Of a stretch of 64,000 nt of DNA, positions 7,633 to 17,235 are shown one piece after another. This DNA is from Chloropicon primus. Taxonomy: Eukaryota. The position numbers were made by a program, and so were the translations under genes. The stretch spans positions 682,001 to 746,000 of the forward strand of contig CP060759.1 in assembly GCA_023205875.1 (NCBI GenBank). Reading direction: 5' to 3'. The notes below the pieces were generated by a model. That model ran no database searches. It was not told the DNA's origin and saw only the letters and a list, made by a program, of their open reading frames with translations. Within the stretch, counting starts at the first letter, position 1. Each line of letters starts with the position of its first letter.

Positions 7633-9753
7633 TTACACACTTTTTGGTTGACGCAAGTGCTTCAGGAGGACGTTGCGTGCCCCGTTCACATCCCGACCGC
7701 ACTTGAAGCCACACTTCTGGCACTTGTACACCTCTGCTCCACCCAGGTTGTCCTTGATGTGTCCGCACCTGCCACAGGTCTTGGAGGTGTACTCCTCCGT
7801 CACGATCGCCAGCTCACTGCCGTGCAAGAGCACCTTGGAAGCCAAGAACGTTCTGAACGCATAGTGCCTCAACGTCAAGAGCGTGCGAGCCGTCTTCTTC
7901 CTGATCACTCGGCGTCTCCCGTTGTTGTTCTTCTTCACCATGTCTTGGGACTTGAACTCCGGGAGGAGGATTGTGTCGAACCTCCTGCATAGATCGTTGG
8001 CTACCTTTTTGTGAAGCTCGTTCGTCAGACCTCGAAGTTTCTCCATGCAGGCGTATTGCTGTCTCTTCAAGTCGCGGCGGTCGAGGTAAGGGAGCTTCAC
8101 CTTTGGGTCTTTGCGCTCGGAAATGATCTCATCAATCCTCCAGCAGAGGTTGAACAGCCTCGCGAAGCCTCGCTCGCCCTTGGCATACTCCCCGACGCCT
8201 TCTTGCGGCGAGTACGACGTCTGAAAGGTCCTGACTCCCGGATCCAGGGCGACAACCTTCCGCTTGTTCTCAGGCTTCAGGGGTGGCAGGCGATCCCATG
8301 GCGTCGCGATGGGAATGTGCATGTGGAACTGCCCAAGGCGATTTCTTGTGATCTTCACGGCACCCTCGATCTTGCCCCCGGGGATCTCCTCCGTCAAGTA
8401 CAGGGGCCCGCCGGCCATCTTCTTCTTGAACACCTCCAGCTTGGTCCACTTGCGTCGTTTGTTGTGCTTGGTGTCATCCTTGTGCCTCGTGTTTGGCCTT
8501 TCGATCGTCTCCACGTTCTTTAACTCTCTTGCATCAATTTCAATGGTCCAAGAGCTCGGTTGCTGACGTTGACGATACTTGAGAACGAAGCGGTGCCCCT
8601 TCTCCTCGCCGCGCTCCTTCATCGCTTCCTGCTTCGCGATGTTCGAATCCCATGCCTTGATGAGACTTCGCACGGCAGCTTGTCTGATGGCACAGGGGTA
8701 TCCTTCAGCCAAGGATGCTTCTGATTTACAAAGGCCCCGCTAACGTAGTCCCGGTCCTTGCCCACTTGGATGCGAAAAGCTCTGCCTCCAATTTGGCTCT
8801 CGAGTCTCTTCTCTCTGGCCGCGAAAAGCTCTGCCTCCTGTTTTGTCCATGGCCGTGGAGAGCATTGGATTTCTTTCAGCTCTTTCTCCAGGCCCTCAAA
8901 GACCTCAGGGCCTCGAGGTTTGGCCGTCACAAATCTGTCCAGCAGGACGGTCCAAACCAGCGGAAAACGCTCCTTCTTGACCGCCTCCAAACACTTGTTG
9001 TATGTGAAACGCGCAGCTCCCATCCAGTTGCAAAGGCACTTCGCCTGCTCAGGGTTCAAGCGCATCCTAAGCTTCCTCGTCCGTATCACCGTTCGCTCCG
9101 ACAATAGCTTGGAGGTCTTCAGTTTCTGCCCCCTCTTCCTTTTGGCGGGCGACTGCAATGTCTCGACGGATACCACAGAATCTTCTGGAAGGTTCAAGCA
9201 CGACCTCCATCCCGTCTTCGGACACTTTACCTCTACAAGTTCTCTCTTGATCGATGAGAACCAGGTCTTCTTCACGCTGTCGTCCGCCAAGCCACCCGGC
9301 TGCTTCCCTGCTTTCTTCCCCTCTTGTTGCCCTTCTTCTTGCCCTTCTTCTTGTTCTTCTTCTTGCCCTTCTTGCGAGGCTTCTTGCGAGGCTTGCCTGA
9401 CGAGCTCAGAGGCGTCCGCCTCCGGCCGCTTCCCCTTCCGCTTCCCCCCGCTTCTTGCGAGGCGTGCTCGAACCCTCCTCGAAAGCAGAGGCGGGGTCGT
9501 CACGGCGAGGCGTGCTCGAACCCTCACCCGCAGAGGCGGGGTCGTCCGCGGGAGGAAGCAGACACAACGCGTAGAGCAACTGCAAGCCCTGATTCCAGAA
9601 CGGAAGTAACGGCCGCTCCGTCGTCGGAGACTCCTGCCCCGACTTCGAAGCGCCCTGAGCATGACTCTCGCCAGAGTGCGACCTCCTTGTGGAACTCGTC
9701 GAGCCACTCCCCTGCTTCTCCTTTTTCTTACGGCGCTTCCCTGATCGCGCCAT
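7633..9753 (-). pseudogene. Fanzor2 / IS607-type TnpB RNA-guided endonuclease, frameshifted as assembled (pseudogene or assembly indels); ~706 aa when corrected
   Basis: Three ORF pieces join up. 9753-~9444 carries LPFWNQ...LCLLP. ~9443-8699 carries KTWFS, the HTH RTRKLRMRLNPEQAKCLCNWMGAARFTYNK, and HPWLKDTP. ~8694-7633 carries CAIRQAAV, RuvC-I ALDPGVRTF, LLPEF, VTEEYTSKTCGRCG and CQKCGFKCGRDVNGARN. Confidence 0.9.
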
Positions 9754-9962
9754 GACTGTTAGCTGCTACTGCAAGGGTTTCACTCGCTCCCCTCCTCGTA
9801 ACTCCTCGTAACTATAGATTTTCCGCTTCTCGTTTTCCAAATTGATTTTTTGGTTTTGGATGAGGACAGAAGCGGGTGACGTCAAACGGTAGAAGAGAAC
9901 GAAATGTGTGGCAGCCAGTCGATCGGAGCGACCCCGGTCGGTTTGCTTGGAGAACAGAGCGG

Positions 9963-10206
9963 GTAAGTGGCGACGGAGGGCGCCGTACGAGGGCTCGGGA
10001 GGGGAGGGGGTGGGACGGGGGGGAGCACGATGGACGGACTCGCGCCTCGCGCCTCGTCGTCGCGCCTCGTCGTCGTCGTTGTCGTCGTCGTCGTCGGATT
10101 TCGTGTGCCAATGATGACTGACCCACGTTTTTTGATGTCCTCCTCGTGCGTTTGTTTTTGTTTTTGTTTTTGTTTTGCGGGTGAAGGTGTGGGTGTCTCT
10201 TTGCAG
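9963..10206 (+). other. Putative 5'-UTR intron of SHMT
   Basis: GG|GTAAGT at 9963, CTGAC branch-like motif ~10118, T-rich tract, TTGCAG| ending at 10206. Confidence 0.6.
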
Positions 10207-10275
10207 GTACCGACGGACCACTTGAGGTAGAGAGCAGCGGACGAGGAGTGTTTTTCTGTCGGAAGCGACGTCGTC

Positions 10276-11832
10276 ATGTCGGTATCTTTTGCTTTGAGAA
10301 GCGGGGCGAGCCGCTTGGCGTCCGTCTTGAACAACAAGGTTGGAAACCTGGCGAGCACGCTGCCCAAGGCGGTGGCGGCCGCGCGGCTGTCGAGCGCGGT
10401 GCCCGAGCTCAACGAGGAGGCCACCCCCTGGCTGAAGCACATGAACGCCTCGCTGGAGCAGATCGACCCTGAGCTTTACGACATCATCGAGCACGAGAAG
10501 GACAGGCAGAGGAAGGGCTTGGAGCTGATTCCTTCGGAGAACTTCACCTCCAAGGCGGTGATGGAGGCCCTCGGGAGCGTCATGTCCAACAAGTACTCGG
10601 AGGGCTACCCGGGCGCGAGGTACTACGGCGGGAACGAGTTCATCGACATGGCCGAGCGCCTGTGCCAGCAGAGGGCCCTCGAGGCCTTCAACCTGGACCC
10701 CAAGGAGTGGGGCGTGAACGTCCAGGCCCTGTCCGGGTCCCCCTCGAACCTCCACGTGTACTGCGCGCTGCTCAACCCCCACGACCGCATCATGGCCTTG
10801 GACCTCCCCCACGGGGGGCACCTGAGCCACGGGTACCAGACCGACAAGAAGAAGATCAGCGCCGTGAGCATCTACTTCGAGACCATGCCCTACAGGCTGG
10901 ACGAGTCGACCGGCCTTATCGACTACGACACCTTGGAGAAGAACGCGGCCCTCTTCAGGCCGAAGCTCATTGTCGCCGGAGCCAGCGCCTACGCCAGGCT
11001 CTACGACTACGGAAGGATGAGGGAGATCGCCGACAAGTCCAACGCTTGGCTCCTCGCGGACATGGCTCACATCAGCGGCCTCGTCGCCGCTGGAGTCGTG
11101 GAGTCTCCGTTTGACTACGCCGACGTCGTGACCACCACCACCCACAAGTCCCTCAGGGGGCCAAGGGGAGCCATGATCTTCTACAGGAAGGGCGTCAGGA
11201 AGCACGACAAGAAGGGAAACCCGATCATGTACGACATTGCCGACAAGATCGACTTCTCCGTCTTCCCTGGTCACCAGGGTGGCCCGCACAACCACACCAT
11301 CTCCGCCCTTTCCACCGCCTTGAAGCTCGCCGCGACCCCTGAGTTCAAGACCTACCAGGTGCAGGTCATGAAGAACTGCCAGGCTTTCGCCGAGCGCTTC
11401 AAGGAGTTGGGATACTCCCTCGTCTCGGGAGGCACCGACAACCACTTGCTCCTCATCAACTTGAAGCCGCAGGGTGTGGACGGCTCCAGAGTTGAGCGCG
11501 TCATGGAGTTGGCTCACATCGCCGCCAACAAGAACACTGTCCCAGGAGATACCAGTGCCCTTGTCCCGGGAGGAATTAGGATGGGAACGCCAGCGCTCAC
11601 CACCAGGGGATTCTTGGAGCAGGACTTCGTCGAGGTCGCCAACTTTGTGGACAGGGCTGTCAAGATCACCGCGAACATCAAGGGTCAGGTCGGACCAAAG
11701 CTCAAGGACTTCAGGGCCGCTTTGGAGGAGAAGGAGTGGCCAGAGATCACTGCATTGAAGGCTGATGTTGAGAAGTTTGCGGGAGCTTTCCCAACCATTG
11801 GGTTTGATGTCGACAACATGAGATACAAGTAA
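10276..11832 (+). CDS. SHMT: Serine hydroxymethyltransferase, mitochondrial-type
   Basis: [47 protein letters not shown] (PLP lysine), QGGPHNH; N-terminal transit-like peptide. Confidence 0.98.
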   Translation: MSVSFALRSGASRLASVLNNKVGNLASTLPKAVAAARLSSAVPELNEEATPWLKHMNASLEQIDPELYDIIEHEKDRQRKGLELIPSENFTSKAVMEALGSVMSNKYSEGYPGARYYGGNEFIDMAERLCQQRALEAFNLDPKEWGVNVQALSGSPSNLHVYCALLNPHDRIMALDLPHGGHLSHGYQTDKKKISAVSIYFETMPYRLDESTGLIDYDTLEKNAALFRPKLIVAGASAYARLYDYGRMREIADKSNAWLLADMAHISGLVAAGVVESPFDYADVVTTTTHKSLRGPRGAMIFYRKGVRKHDKKGNPIMYDIADKIDFSVFPGHQGGPHNHTISALSTALKLAATPEFKTYQVQVMKNCQAFAERFKELGYSLVSGGTDNHLLLINLKPQGVDGSRVERVMELAHIAANKNTVPGDTSALVPGGIRMGTPALTTRGFLEQDFVEVANFVDRAVKITANIKGQVGPKLKDFRAALEEKEWPEITALKADVEKFAGAFPTIGFDVDNMRYK

Positions 11833-11952
11833 AATAGAGGTGCCTCGGACACACAAAAAATTTTATCAAGTTTTCGTGTGTGAAGCCAAACAACTTGCTT
11901 TCCTGTCCCGAGCTGCTCTTTCTCCCCCCCAGCCATCCCTGAAGAGGAGGAA

Positions 11953-12660
11953 TCACCACGAACCGACAGCGTGCTTGCTTGGGTTCATGAAGGCCTTGAA
12001 ATCCCACTTCGTGTCCAGTGCGAAAGGCTTGGATATCGCGACCCCCTCCCCGTCCACCTTGGCCAAGACGAACTTGTTGATGCTCGTCTTGTCTCTGTAG
12101 AAAAGCACTCGAAGGGCCTCCTGCATCAGAGAGACCGCCTCCTCCAGGGACATGTCGTCCCTCTGAAACTCCCTAAACAGCGGCCTGGACAGGTAGTTCC
12201 CGAAGCTCGTGGCGACGTGGCTGTCCGTGTACGACGTTCCCAGCATTCCTACGGAGCCGATGAAAGATTTGTTTCCCTCCTTGCCGTTCTTGTCGACTCC
12301 CGCGACCACAAGAGAGTTCCAAAGCGGGTCCATCTTGTTTCTTCTGTTGTACATCACCCTGCAGAGATACGCGTGGATCTCGCTCGGCGTCATCGTGCAG
12401 CCATCGTCGTAGCAGAAGTCCTGAGTCATGAGCTCCTCCAAAAGGTTCGAGATGTACTGAAAGTCTGAGATCTCCCCGCTCGCGCCAACGATCGTTGTGT
12501 CGTTCACGCGAATAATACGCTGGACGGACTTGTACCTCTTCGTGGAGCCGTAGGCACCCAGCATGTCGCAAGCCATCAACACTCCGTCCTTGTACTTGAT
12601 CGCAAGCACGGAGTTTCCGGTCACGTAAGGCGTCGTCGTGTGCTTTCTTGGCTCTCCCAT
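11953..12660 (-). CDS. PSMB4: 20S proteasome subunit beta type-4 (beta7)
   Basis: TTTPYVTGNSVLAIKYKDGV, GASGEISDFQY, MYNRRNKMDPLWNSLVVAG, LRVLFYRD. ATG at 12660 follows a probable UTR intron at 12667-12783. Confidence 0.95.
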   Translation of the reverse strand: MGEPRKHTTTPYVTGNSVLAIKYKDGVLMACDMLGAYGSTKRYKSVQRIIRVNDTTIVGASGEISDFQYISNLLEELMTQDFCYDDGCTMTPSEIHAYLCRVMYNRRNKMDPLWNSLVVAGVDKNGKEGNKSFIGSVGMLGTSYTDSHVATSFGNYLSRPLFREFQRDDMSLEEAVSLMQEALRVLFYRDKTSINKFVLAKVDGEGVAISKPFALDTKWDFKAFMNPSKHAVGSW

Positions 12661-13082
12661 GGCAACCTGAAAAAGAAAAAACGAAGAAGAAGAAGAAAAG
12701 CAGCAAGTCGGTCCCGTCAGCTCCTTGCCCCCGCAACCGCGCGAAGCGAAAGGGCTTGAGAGCGGTTCAGCTCGGGTTCTCACCTCTCCCTTGTCCGTCG
12801 AAGGCGCGACAGCGAAGGGCACGCTCGCTGGGTTCGCTGGGACGTGGACGTCCTCTGATCTATGATCCCCATAGGGTGCTCCGGCTTCGTTGTGGGACAC
12901 GAAAGGCGACACATGTGGCCCCGTCGCAATATGCGAAGGCAACTGGCAGTGCGGTATCATCCTCTACACTCCCTCTTCTCCCTCTCTCTCTCTCTCTCTC
13001 TCGTCTCTCGTCTCTCGCGCCTTCTCCTCTTCGCGATCGCTCTCTCTCTGCTAGGTTTTTTGAAACCGCTCGACAGATCAAA

Positions 13083-13150
13083 GGCTTGAGGACGAGGGAG
13101 AGAGCGGCTTGAGGACGAGGGAGAGAGCGGCTTGAGGACGAGGGAGAGAG
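13083..13150 (+). repeat. 23-bp tandem repeat x3 (GGCTTGAGGACGAGGGAGAGAGC)
   Basis: Copies at 13083, 13106 and 13129, plus a partial copy near 13236; lies in the divergent intergenic region. Confidence 0.9.
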
Positions 13151-13287
13151 GAGGGCGCAAGGTTCGTGCGCGTCTCTCTGTCTTGCTCTTTCAGAAAGAG
13201 CCGTCGCTCGAAAAAAGCAACGCGGTGGTGAAGATTTGAGGACGAGGGAGAGGGAGAGAGATTGTTTTTGTTCGTGACAGGTGACAT

Positions 13288-14353
13288 ATGGTGCGCTTGG
13301 GGGTGACAGTGGAGATGAGGAGCTCCCGACCTGTGACGGCGTCGTCCTCCTGGATGGAGAGGCGGGGAGGGGGGAAGAACGCGAGGGGCGTCGGGTGGAG
13401 GAGAAGACATCCGTTTGTGGTGCTGGGTCCAGCCAGGGGGGGAGGTGAGAGCGGGGACTTCGTGACGGACTTGGTGGGCAAAATATTTGGCAAGGAGGTT
13501 CTGGCCGACCCAGAGCCTTTCGGTCTGAAGCGCATGACCAAGGAGGAGTGGCCCGATCAGTGGCCTGCGACAACGACGGAGTGGGCCGAGCCTCTCGAGA
13601 GCGATGACACCCCCGAGCTCCTGAAGGTCAGGCCCCTCCTCAAGCAGACTCAGATGGAGAAGCTGAAGCTTGGTTTGGCCTACGACGCGAACGTGCACGG
13701 GTGGGGCTCGGGTCCGTTCCACACCCAGCTGGACGGTCAGGGGGCTGGGCTGCTGGTTGCGACGTCCACGGACGGCCGCGTGTTTGGAGGGTACAACCCG
13801 AGGGGGTGGCTGGGGTACGGCGAGTGGCGGGACGCCATCTCCGCCTTCCTTTTCGTGTACGACGGGAGCGGGAAGCCCATCAAGTCTGCGAAGGTTGGCG
13901 GTTCGGGCATGGCCATCATCGACGAGCCAAGCAAAGGCCCGCAGTGGGGCCCTGACGGCTTGAAGATCAACTTGGAGGCCAAGGAAGCGAGGTCGAGACT
14001 CGGCACGTACTACGAGAGGACCACGCTGGGGAAGACGCTGTTCAAGGGCAGCGACCCGTCCACGCCGGTGCGCCTCAAGGACCTGAGGGTGTATGTGGCG
14101 GTCGAGGAGACGGAGCTCGCGAAGAACTACAAGCCGGTAAGAGATCCTCAGCCGCCCCTCTTGTTTTCCCCAACCAACGCCGCGCACCTCTCCGGCAGGC
14201 ACACGAAACTGACGCCCCGTGATCTCTTTGGACACGACGCAGAACGCGTTCCAGTGGCAGGAGGGCGAGCTTGAGGAGTTGAGGAAGAACGATGACAAGG
14301 ACGTGGACGGGGAGGAGCCTGGCCTCTTCGACAAGCTCTTCGGACGCAAGTAA
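13288..14353 (+). CDS. TLDc-domain protein, probably plastid-targeted; exons 13288-14136 and 14261-14353
   Basis: YDANVHGWGSGPFHTQLDGQG, VFGGYNPRGW, AFLF, GPQWGPDGL, SRLGTYY. Intron GTAAGA(14137)...GGCAG(14260) gives the C-terminus EGELEE...LFDKLFGRK*. Confidence 0.85.
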
Positions 14354-14466
14354 GAGTAATAAATACAATTCAAGGGATCATATCCACCTTGATCTGGTTC
14401 GATTCGCACCTCCCTCCTCCTCCACTTGGAGATCCCATCCCACGAGCAACAAACGAACGACTCTGC

Positions 14467-14705
14467 CCTGAATCCACCAGCACAGAGTCCCTGCCAAAAG
14501 GATGACCTCTCCATCCTCCTCCTCCTCTCCTCCTCAATCAATCTTGGATTATGTTTTGGGGGCGATTAACCTCTACCCCTTGGTTTTGGCTGTATCCAAT
14601 CCCCAGAGGAGCGAGGTCGGCATAGGAGGACCCGGTCTGTGTCCTGAATCCACCAGCACAGAGTCCTTGCCAAAAGGATGACCCCTCCCTCCATCCTCAT
14701 CCTCC
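14467..14705 (+). repeat. ~55-60-bp intergenic direct repeat (copies at 14467 and 14643)
   Basis: CCTGAATCCACCAGCACAGAGTCC(C/T)TGCCAAAAGGATGACC...TCCATCCTC occurs twice. Confidence 0.85.
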
Positions 14706-14950
14706 ATCCTCAGCCCAGGATTTTGAGCACAATAGTGGTGTTGCATTTAAAACCCCAAGGAGCAAGGAGCGCGTTCGGCGAAGGAGAGACCCTTTGGTCG
14801 ACGGGGGTTGACAAGGACTTGAGTGAGTGGCGCGAGGAGGGACGAGGGAGGGAGGGTGAAGGGGTATCCGTAGCGCAGGAGGGGCGAGGAGAGAGAGAGA
14901 GAGGGAGGGAGTACTGAGAGGGCCGGCTGGTTGAGGGAGGAACAAGGGAG

Positions 14951-15832
14951 ATGGCAACGGCAGTGCCCCAGCAAGGGAGAGGGATCGAGGCGAACAGGAT
15001 GAGTGCCCCAGCGCCCACGCCGATGATATTGGAGTCGAAGACCGTGGCGACGCAGTTCGTGAAGCAGTACTACCACGTCCTGTCGAACTTTCCTGCGACC
15101 CTGCACCGCTTCTACACCGACGCGAGCACCTTGAGTCACTCGGTTGTGGGGGGAGAGACGATGCTGGTCCAGACGCAGAGGGGTATCCACGAGAAGGTGG
15201 TGGGTCTCGGCTTGGAGGGTGCCGTCCCTCAGATCCTGTCCGTGGACGCTCAGACCTCCCTCAACGGGGGGGTCGTGGTGCACACGACTGGATTTCTTAC
15301 CTTGCAGGGAACGACCACGCCCAGGCCTTTCGCCCAGGTTTTCTTCCTGGCCCAACAGGAGCACGGCTACTACGTCTTGAACGACCTGTTCTGCTGGCTT
15401 CAGAAGGAAGTCATCCCAAAGCACGAGGCGGTCGAGCCCAAGCAGGAGCAGAGCAACGAGAAGCGCGTCGATCAGCCCAAGGAGCAGGCGAAGAAAGAGG
15501 AGCCCAAGGTGGTGGCGAAGGAGACGGGGGCGACCGCCCAGGCTCCTGCGCCCGAGGAAGCTCCGGTGGTCCTGAAGGAAAACAGGGCTACAGAAGAATC
15601 GGCGCCTGCTGCGGAGGTTCCAATGACGTACGCCCAGAGAGCGGCAGCGGCGGCCAAGCGCATCTCGGTGCAAGTGCCCCAGAGCACGAACGGCAGCGAG
15701 GTGCTGGCCGCAAGAAATTGGGGGGGAGAGGAAGAAGACAAGAAGCCCACCATAATTAAAAAGAAGAGGGACAAGGGAAAGGGAAGAGGGCGGCGGGACA
15801 GAGGAGACAGGAGCAAGTCCAACAACTCGTAG
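14951..15832 (+). CDS. NTF2-domain G3BP-like protein
   Basis: VATQFVKQYYHVL...LHRFY, VDAQTSLNGGVVV, FAQVFFLAQQEHGYYVLND; low-complexity middle and RG-rich tail; no obvious RRM. Confidence 0.88.
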   Translation: MATAVPQQGRGIEANRMSAPAPTPMILESKTVATQFVKQYYHVLSNFPATLHRFYTDASTLSHSVVGGETMLVQTQRGIHEKVVGLGLEGAVPQILSVDAQTSLNGGVVVHTTGFLTLQGTTTPRPFAQVFFLAQQEHGYYVLNDLFCWLQKEVIPKHEAVEPKQEQSNEKRVDQPKEQAKKEEPKVVAKETGATAQAPAPEEAPVVLKENRATEESAPAAEVPMTYAQRAAAAAKRISVQVPQSTNGSEVLAARNWGGEEEDKKPTIIKKKRDKGKGRGRRDRGDRSKSNNS

Positions 15833-15926
15833 TGGGACAGCTGATTTTCGCGAAAACCCTTGTTTAGAGACCTCTTTGTGTATTAGAACTAAAAAAACCT
15901 TGTGTGAACGTGAGTTCCAATTTTTT

Positions 15927-17210
15927 TTACTTGATGCCAAGTTTGTCGCCCAGGCGGTCGGGGTTGAAGTTGTCCGGCAGGAGCATGGGGGTCGCCACGT
16001 CGACCACCCTCGATTTCTGGCCCGAGAGAAGAGCGACGCAGGCGAGCGCAAACTCAAATGAAGTGCCTGGCCCCCGGGAAGTCAGGCAGTTTCCGCTCAC
16101 AACGACCCTGGCCTCGCTCGGGTTCTGCAGGCCTTCCATGAAGCCTGGGTGGCAGGTCGCCACTTGACCCTCCCCGATCAGGCCGTTGGGCTGCAAAACC
16201 ACGGCTGGCGAGGCGCAGATCGCCCCGTACAGCTTTCCAGACTCCCGCTGGCTCTTGAGCTTGCCCAACAAAGCAGAGCAGCCGGCGAGCCTTTCTGCTC
16301 CGGGCATCCCCCCGGGAAGCAAGATGGCATCGAACGATTCCGAGACGACGTCCCCAATCATCGCGTCAGCTCGAATCTGAACTTGCCTCGACGCGACAAT
16401 GTCCACCTGCGCTTCGCACGAGGCTACCGTGACCTCAAACCCGGCTCGCCGAAGCACATCGATCATGATGACGGCCTCCATTTCTTCTGTGCCACTCGCT
16501 ACGGGTATCAGCACTCGAGGGGACTCGCAAGGTTGCACAAGATTGTTTCCGTAACAAAGAAGCTGCTCTTGGCCGTCGTCTGGGAGAACCATGGGCCCCC
16601 CGACCGATTCTGCTGCTTCGCTCCCAAGCAGCTCCCGCACCAACTCCAACGAGAACTCAAATGAAGTGCCTGGCCCCCGGGAAGTCACGCAGTTTCCGCT
16701 CACAACGACCCTGGCCTCGCTCGGGTTCTGCAGGCCTTCCATGAAGCCTGGGTGGCAGGTCATTTCTCTGTCCGAGAACAGCCCGAGCCCTTGCAGAACC
16801 ACTTGCGGTGCGGCACAGACCGCGCCCACGAGCGTCTCCCTGCCCGCGTGCCCGGCCAGCACACCTCTGAGATCTGCGCTGTCCCTCAGCCTCTCAGCCC
16901 CTGGCATTCCGCCAGGAATCGCGATCAAGTCAAACGCCCTGTCCTTCACGTCCGGCAGGACGCAATCAGCTACGACGCCAACCGATCTCGAGCACGAGAC
17001 CGCAGGGCCTGCCTCAACAGACGCGACGCAGACGTCCACTCCTGCTCGCCGAAGCACATCGATCATGATCACAGCCTCCATCTCCTCGCTTCCATTCGCC
17101 ACAGGAACGAGCGCGCTCTTGCTCCCTTGAGCTCCCACCACCAACCTCCTCCCTGTCCTCTGCCCTCTGCGAGGAAACCATCTGCTGGTCTGCATCGACC
17201 GAGCCTTCAT
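15927..17210 (-). CDS. DJ-1/PfpI family protein with two domains (plant DJ-1B/C-like), organelle-targeted
   Basis: Two copies of G(S/T)EEMEAVIMIDVLRRAG...PGGMPGA...A(V/I)CA(A/S)P...TSRGPGTSFEF; ATG at 17210. Confidence 0.93.
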   Translation of the reverse strand: MKARSMQTSRWFPRRGQRTGRRLVVGAQGSKSALVPVANGSEEMEAVIMIDVLRRAGVDVCVASVEAGPAVSCSRSVGVVADCVLPDVKDRAFDLIAIPGGMPGAERLRDSADLRGVLAGHAGRETLVGAVCAAPQVVLQGLGLFSDREMTCHPGFMEGLQNPSEARVVVSGNCVTSRGPGTSFEFSLELVRELLGSEAAESVGGPMVLPDDGQEQLLCYGNNLVQPCESPRVLIPVASGTEEMEAVIMIDVLRRAGFEVTVASCEAQVDIVASRQVQIRADAMIGDVVSESFDAILLPGGMPGAERLAGCSALLGKLKSQRESGKLYGAICASPAVVLQPNGLIGEGQVATCHPGFMEGLQNPSEARVVVSGNCLTSRGPGTSFEFALACVALLSGQKSRVVDVATPMLLPDNFNPDRLGDKLGIK

Positions 17211-17235
17211 CACGTCATCCAAAGGAAAGAGAAGA

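Larger units (their letters stand above)
7300..9875 (-). mobile_element. Non-autonomous Fanzor2 element (boundaries approximate)
   Basis: TnpB-like ORF plus a structured 3' region inserted between two housekeeping genes. No serine-recombinase or other transposase ORF is adjacent. Ends and target duplication are not resolved. Confidence 0.6.

Noticed and set aside
8619..9707. Separate 362-aa gene (TnpA) upstream of the nuclease
   Set aside because: It carries the TnpB HTH and the WLKDTP segment, so it is the middle part of the same frameshifted Fanzor ORF.
7300..9875. IStron / group I intron
   Set aside because: No recognisable group I core upstream of the ORF, and the element does not interrupt a host CDS.
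9766..11856. 696-aa minus-strand ORF as a transposase partner of the Fanzor
   Set aside because: It is the antisense shadow of GC3-rich SHMT and has no serine-recombinase, Y1 or DDE motifs.
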